Shown here piece after piece: positions 60,469 to 64,000 of a stretch of DNA of 64,000 nt. Within the stretch, counting starts at the first letter, position 1. Every line of letters starts with the position of its first letter. The notes under the pieces were generated by a model. It was not told the DNA's origin and searched no databases. It saw only the letters and a program-made list of their open reading frames with translations. Made by a program: the position numbers and the translations under genes. This stretch comes from Lingula anatina (Eukaryota > Animalia > Brachiopoda). The DNA lies in assembly GCA_051362555.1 (NCBI GenBank), contig CM120640.1:16864001-16928000 (forward strand), read 5' to 3'.

Positions 60469-63400
60469 GGAAGGGGGGAGGTTCAGTTGTTATATCCATA
60501 TGTAGCTATAGCTTTTATAAATACAACCCTTTTCAGGAGATACCCAGAGAATTGCAGAATGGCCAGATTAGGTCTTTGAATGTAACACTTACAATAGCGA
60601 GTGGCAACATTTGTCAGTCTCAGCTGTATGATACTAGTGAATCCGTTCCTCCACTTGGAATCCCGCTGACACCAGTGTACTTGCAAACCAAAAATACAAA
60701 CCAGTCACTAGGATTACTTCTGAATGCAGCAACATCAGCAGGCTTTGCCAGGAAACCTAGCATGAAGAACATTTACTTGTCAGCAGAAAGTAAGTTTTAC
60801 ACCCACAAAAATGACCCACTTTGACAGTTTTGTCTTATATGTTACATCAACTGTGGATTCAGGACCCCCCCCCCCCCCCCCCGTCCCCAGCTTTACAATC
60901 ACCCCATGCCAGCCCTTCTTCCCTTCTTGTTCCTGGCCACAGTATGAGTGACACTAGATTGACACATGGTGAACAAGCCAAATTTCAAACCTTGTGCCCT
61001 TCATATGACATTAAATATGTCCACTGCTACTTTATGCTTGATTAATTAGCAAAGAAAGGCAATATTTTTATCTTATGGCCCCATCCCCATGCCTTAGCAA
61101 AATCCTACTCTCTAATCACAGGGTACGCTAGTCTGTTACAAAATGTTTTGTGGCATCCTGTGATATTTTGAGCAATCATCGGGAATGTGTTTCTCCCCAG
61201 ACTTAGCCTTTGTATTTGTCAGTGTGGGTGATTTCACAACAAGGTACTGAGTAGTGCACATCCCTATCTCACATAATGCAAGTCAGGCAGGGTCTTAGGG
61301 GCCATCATTCAGAATAGATGATCTGATACTAACTGATCCACAGACTAAATATGGCAGACAACACTTCAAAAGCAATCCCGCTGATTCCAGATGGTCTCCC
61401 CGCCTCCACGCATGCCATTAAATGGATTAAATCTCAGCTCCGAGTTTAAATTGGTAGGCCCCTGCAAAAATCCTGGGATTGAATGCCTGTGTTCATTTCA
61501 TAGCTTTCTGTCACTGCAAATGTTCGTATTTGAAGTGTGGTAGTATATGAATTCCTATTCTAGGCAATTTTCTATTAATTATATCCATATCTTATTTCTA
61601 GGGGTCTTGAGGCATTTTGTTGCAGAAGTTGATGGCAAAGAGGCTGTTCTAAGCTGGAAAGCACCATTGTTTACCACACCACCAGATACCTACACTCTTG
61701 TCTGGTGCAAAGGACTGTATGCAACTCAGTGCGAGGTGAGCTGGACACTTCCCTATAGCCACAAGTCAATGTTTACCACTGGTAGTATCCATGATAATAC
61801 ACTGCATATACCTTATATGGAATAATCTATTGCTTGCATGATTTTGACTTTTAATCTAAATAAAGGGTATCTGTAAGTCACTTCCTGTCAGATCACCTTG
61901 AATGTTTCCCATATGCAAACTGACATCTTTTTAAAACCTCTTGTGCCTGCCACTTAACTTCAATTCTCAAGTAACATTCAGAACAAGTTGATTGGCAGAC
62001 TAACAGATCTGTGGACTAAATATGGCCTACCCACTTGAAAACTTGCTGCATAATCCTCTAATGGACTCTGCATAGATAGCCAGCAGAGATTATGCAGCAA
62101 GCTTTCAAGTGGGTTGGCCATTTGTGATTGGTAGATCTGTTGGTCTGTGGATCAGCTTTGGTTTTGAATGCAGCCTTAAGGATCTCCTGTTTGGATTGGT
62201 AGTAATCTATAATTATATATATTGATATAATTTTTATTTAGAATTAAATGTTCAATGATCTATACTTAATTTCAGGACAGTCTTCAGACCTTGATCCTGG
62301 ATGAAAACAGTCTGGGGATCACAGTTAATGAATCTAGGTTCCAATATAACCTAACACTGCCAGAAGCAGCAGAAAATTATATTTTCCTGCTCTCTGCCAA
62401 TTGGGAAGATGCCTGGGGGTCTATGGAGTACCCAGATTGTCATCACAATTTTAAGTATTATGGAGGTAATTATACATGGATGTCAGCAGTATTTCACTTT
62501 GGTTAGTCAAGTACTGATAGGAATGTTTATAATTTGCATTGCATATTGGAGGGGCAATGGTACATTTTATAAAATTGAAAATTTTCTTGGATGTTTCCAG
62601 CCCTTTTCTATATCAGTTCAAATGTATGTTGAATATAAATTAATGCACGTTAGGCCTTTTTATATAAAAAAGGGAATTTTTCTGGTCATTTCAGCAGTTA
62701 TCCTTTCAACACAAAGGTATACCCTATTCAAAGCCATTAAAAAGGTTAACTTCTACATGTATAAACCCCTTCTGGAGTTCTACTTTTCTAACCTATTACC
62801 TTTATGAGTGAATTTCACTAGTCTTTATTATGACTTTTACTCAGAAGTTTGAAACTCACAACAAATTTTAGGTATCATAATTCCATGTTATGGTAAAACT
62901 TAAATAATTTTGGGAAAACTGGGAAATCAAGTAGTATACTAGTTGTATGCCTTTAGGATTTGTGGTGATGTTGGATCTTTTTTAATCCAGAAGTACCTTC
63001 CTATGACAGTGCCTTCCATTTGGAGTCGAGTGAAGACAACATCATTGTTACCTGGAGCCCTCCCAGCTTTGACAGGGAAAGTGGCCATATCATTCAATAC
63101 ACAGTACAGAGTTGTGAAGCTACAAATACCAGCAAATGTCAGTCAGGTATACCATTAATTTTGTTATTTATTTCACTTTGGCAGAAAAAAAACATTTAAA
63201 CAAGAAATTAACCAAAATCTAATTTCCTTGAATGTATAGCATTTATTTTGCACCATGATATTCATTAAAATTTTTAAAGAAATGTTAAGATCTTAAAGTT
63301 AATTACACTCTAAGATACACTTGGGATCAGTAAACAGTATAGATATTTTGCCATTTACCCTTTTTAATTATTTAATTTTTATTTCTGTTTTACATTTTCC

Positions 63401-63639
63401 CCGTTTCATATGTAATGACACACATAAATAAAAATTAATATTCTTTTATCCAGTCACATTGGTACCTGACTGCCAGTGCAGCTTTCAATCATATGGCTGC
63501 AATCCTTCATGGCAAATCCAGATACCTAAGTTAAGGTCCTCCACAAACTACACAGTCAGTCTCAAGGCACATACCAGGTTTCATCAAAGCGTTTTGGCTG
63601 TTGACTATGTGACTACCAAACCAGGAATTAGTAATCACG
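53047..63639 (+). CDS. Class I cytokine receptor, gp130/LIFR/domeless-like: signal peptide, Ig-like D1, cytokine-binding module and FN3 repeats; continues beyond the window
   Basis: Exons 53047-53131 (signal peptide [19 protein letters not shown]), 53710-53781, 54766-55071 ([18 protein letters not shown]), 57103-57235 ([23 protein letters not shown]), 57482-57687 or 57974-58134, 58588-58811 ([13 protein letters not shown]), 59023-59206 ([25 protein letters not shown]-like), 59591-59661, 60537-60789, 61602-61735, 62276-62465, 62991-63146, 63454-~63639. Phases are compatible. Confidence 0.88.
55444..55607. repeat. (CT)n followed by imperfect (CA)n
   Basis: Direct reading. Confidence 0.95.
55624..56872. 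mobile_element. P-superfamily-like non-autonomous element (1.25 kb) in a receptor intron
   Basis: TIRs of about 34 bp, CTTGGACATAATAATGAAAGGATGTGAAACGTGG / CCGCATTTCACGTCCTTTCGTTATTATGTCCAAG, with exact 7-bp TSD TTGTATG. Superfamily inferred from TSD length and terminus. Confidence 0.85.
57482..57687 (+). CDS. Cytokine receptor alternative exon A (second half of the first cytokine-binding FN3 domain)
   Basis: AG|A GGG GAC...CAT TTA G|GT; 206 nt; phase 2 to 1; two conserved-type Cys; ends FG..x..TDYHL. Confidence 0.75.
57974..58134 (+). CDS. Cytokine receptor alternative exon B (paralogue of exon A)
   Basis: TTTTCAG|A GAC TCC...CAC ATA G|GT; 161 nt; phase 2 to 1; two Cys, NLFG motif; ends ADYHI. 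Confidence 0.75.
59218..59385. mobile_element. hAT-like MITE 11 bp downstream of the WSXWS-exon donor
   Basis: CAGGGTCATAGCCAG ... GTGGTCAAGGGCCTG; paralogue at 50017-50193. Confidence 0.7.
61299..61490. mobile_element. Degenerate relative of the 61970-62175 MITE
   Basis: Shared cattcagaa, gactaaatatggc and cactt.aaa; ttgaatg near the right end. Confidence 0.5.
61970..62175. mobile_element. Palindromic Harbinger-like MITE (family H3)
   Basis: Inverted arms CATTCAGAAC...CCCACTTGAAAACTTGCTGCATAATC / GATTATGCAGCAAGCTTTCAAGTGGG...GTTTTGAATGCAGCC|TTA. Confidence 0.75.
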
Positions 63640-64000
63640 GTAATGTTTTTAAAAGATTTCTGCTGTCACTGTTCTAAAAGTTAAAGGAAAAAGAGAAAAA
63701 TTATACATGCAACAATAAACAGATTTAATTTACCTTTTTTAAGTGTGTGTCCATGAACGTATTTACACCATATTTGGTGTGTTTGAACCTTTATATGAAC
63801 AATAACTGAGGCTGCAATATTTCCTCAAACAGAGATATGGCCAGGGACAATTTGGGGGGTTTATCAACCAAAAATTTATCTGAAAAACAGGATAATTTAG
63901 ATGGGCCTTACAGTTTATACAAGTGTCACCAAATGATTTAGTTTGGTGATATATTATAACCTAAAGATAGGGGATTAAAATGATACACATCATTTTGACT

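Overview
AT-rich, intron-rich animal genomic DNA, probably from an invertebrate (possibly lophotrochozoan; taxon is inference). Manual splicing gives four complete conserved genes: DPH5 (-), UBE3C (+), TCEANC2 (+) and R3HDM4 (-). Also present are the 3' part of a Lys/Glu-rich gene (+), an unassigned coiled-coil/CHORD-like zinc-finger gene (-), an intronic tRNA-Pro(CGG), and the 5' (extracellular) part of a gp130/domeless-like class I cytokine receptor (+) that runs off the window. A nested transposon cluster at about 37-50 kb holds a 5'-truncated RTEX-like LINE, mariner/hAT/MULE relics, several MITE families and a solo LTR. Most notable: (i) two same-phase paralogous exons that look mutually exclusive and would swap half of the receptor's cytokine-binding domain; (ii) two transposon families whose core is inverted relative to asymmetric ends between copies; (iii) a 29-bp palindrome with a 7-bp target-site duplication (TSD) resembling a P-element excision footprint. 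All calls were made by eye; no searches were run.
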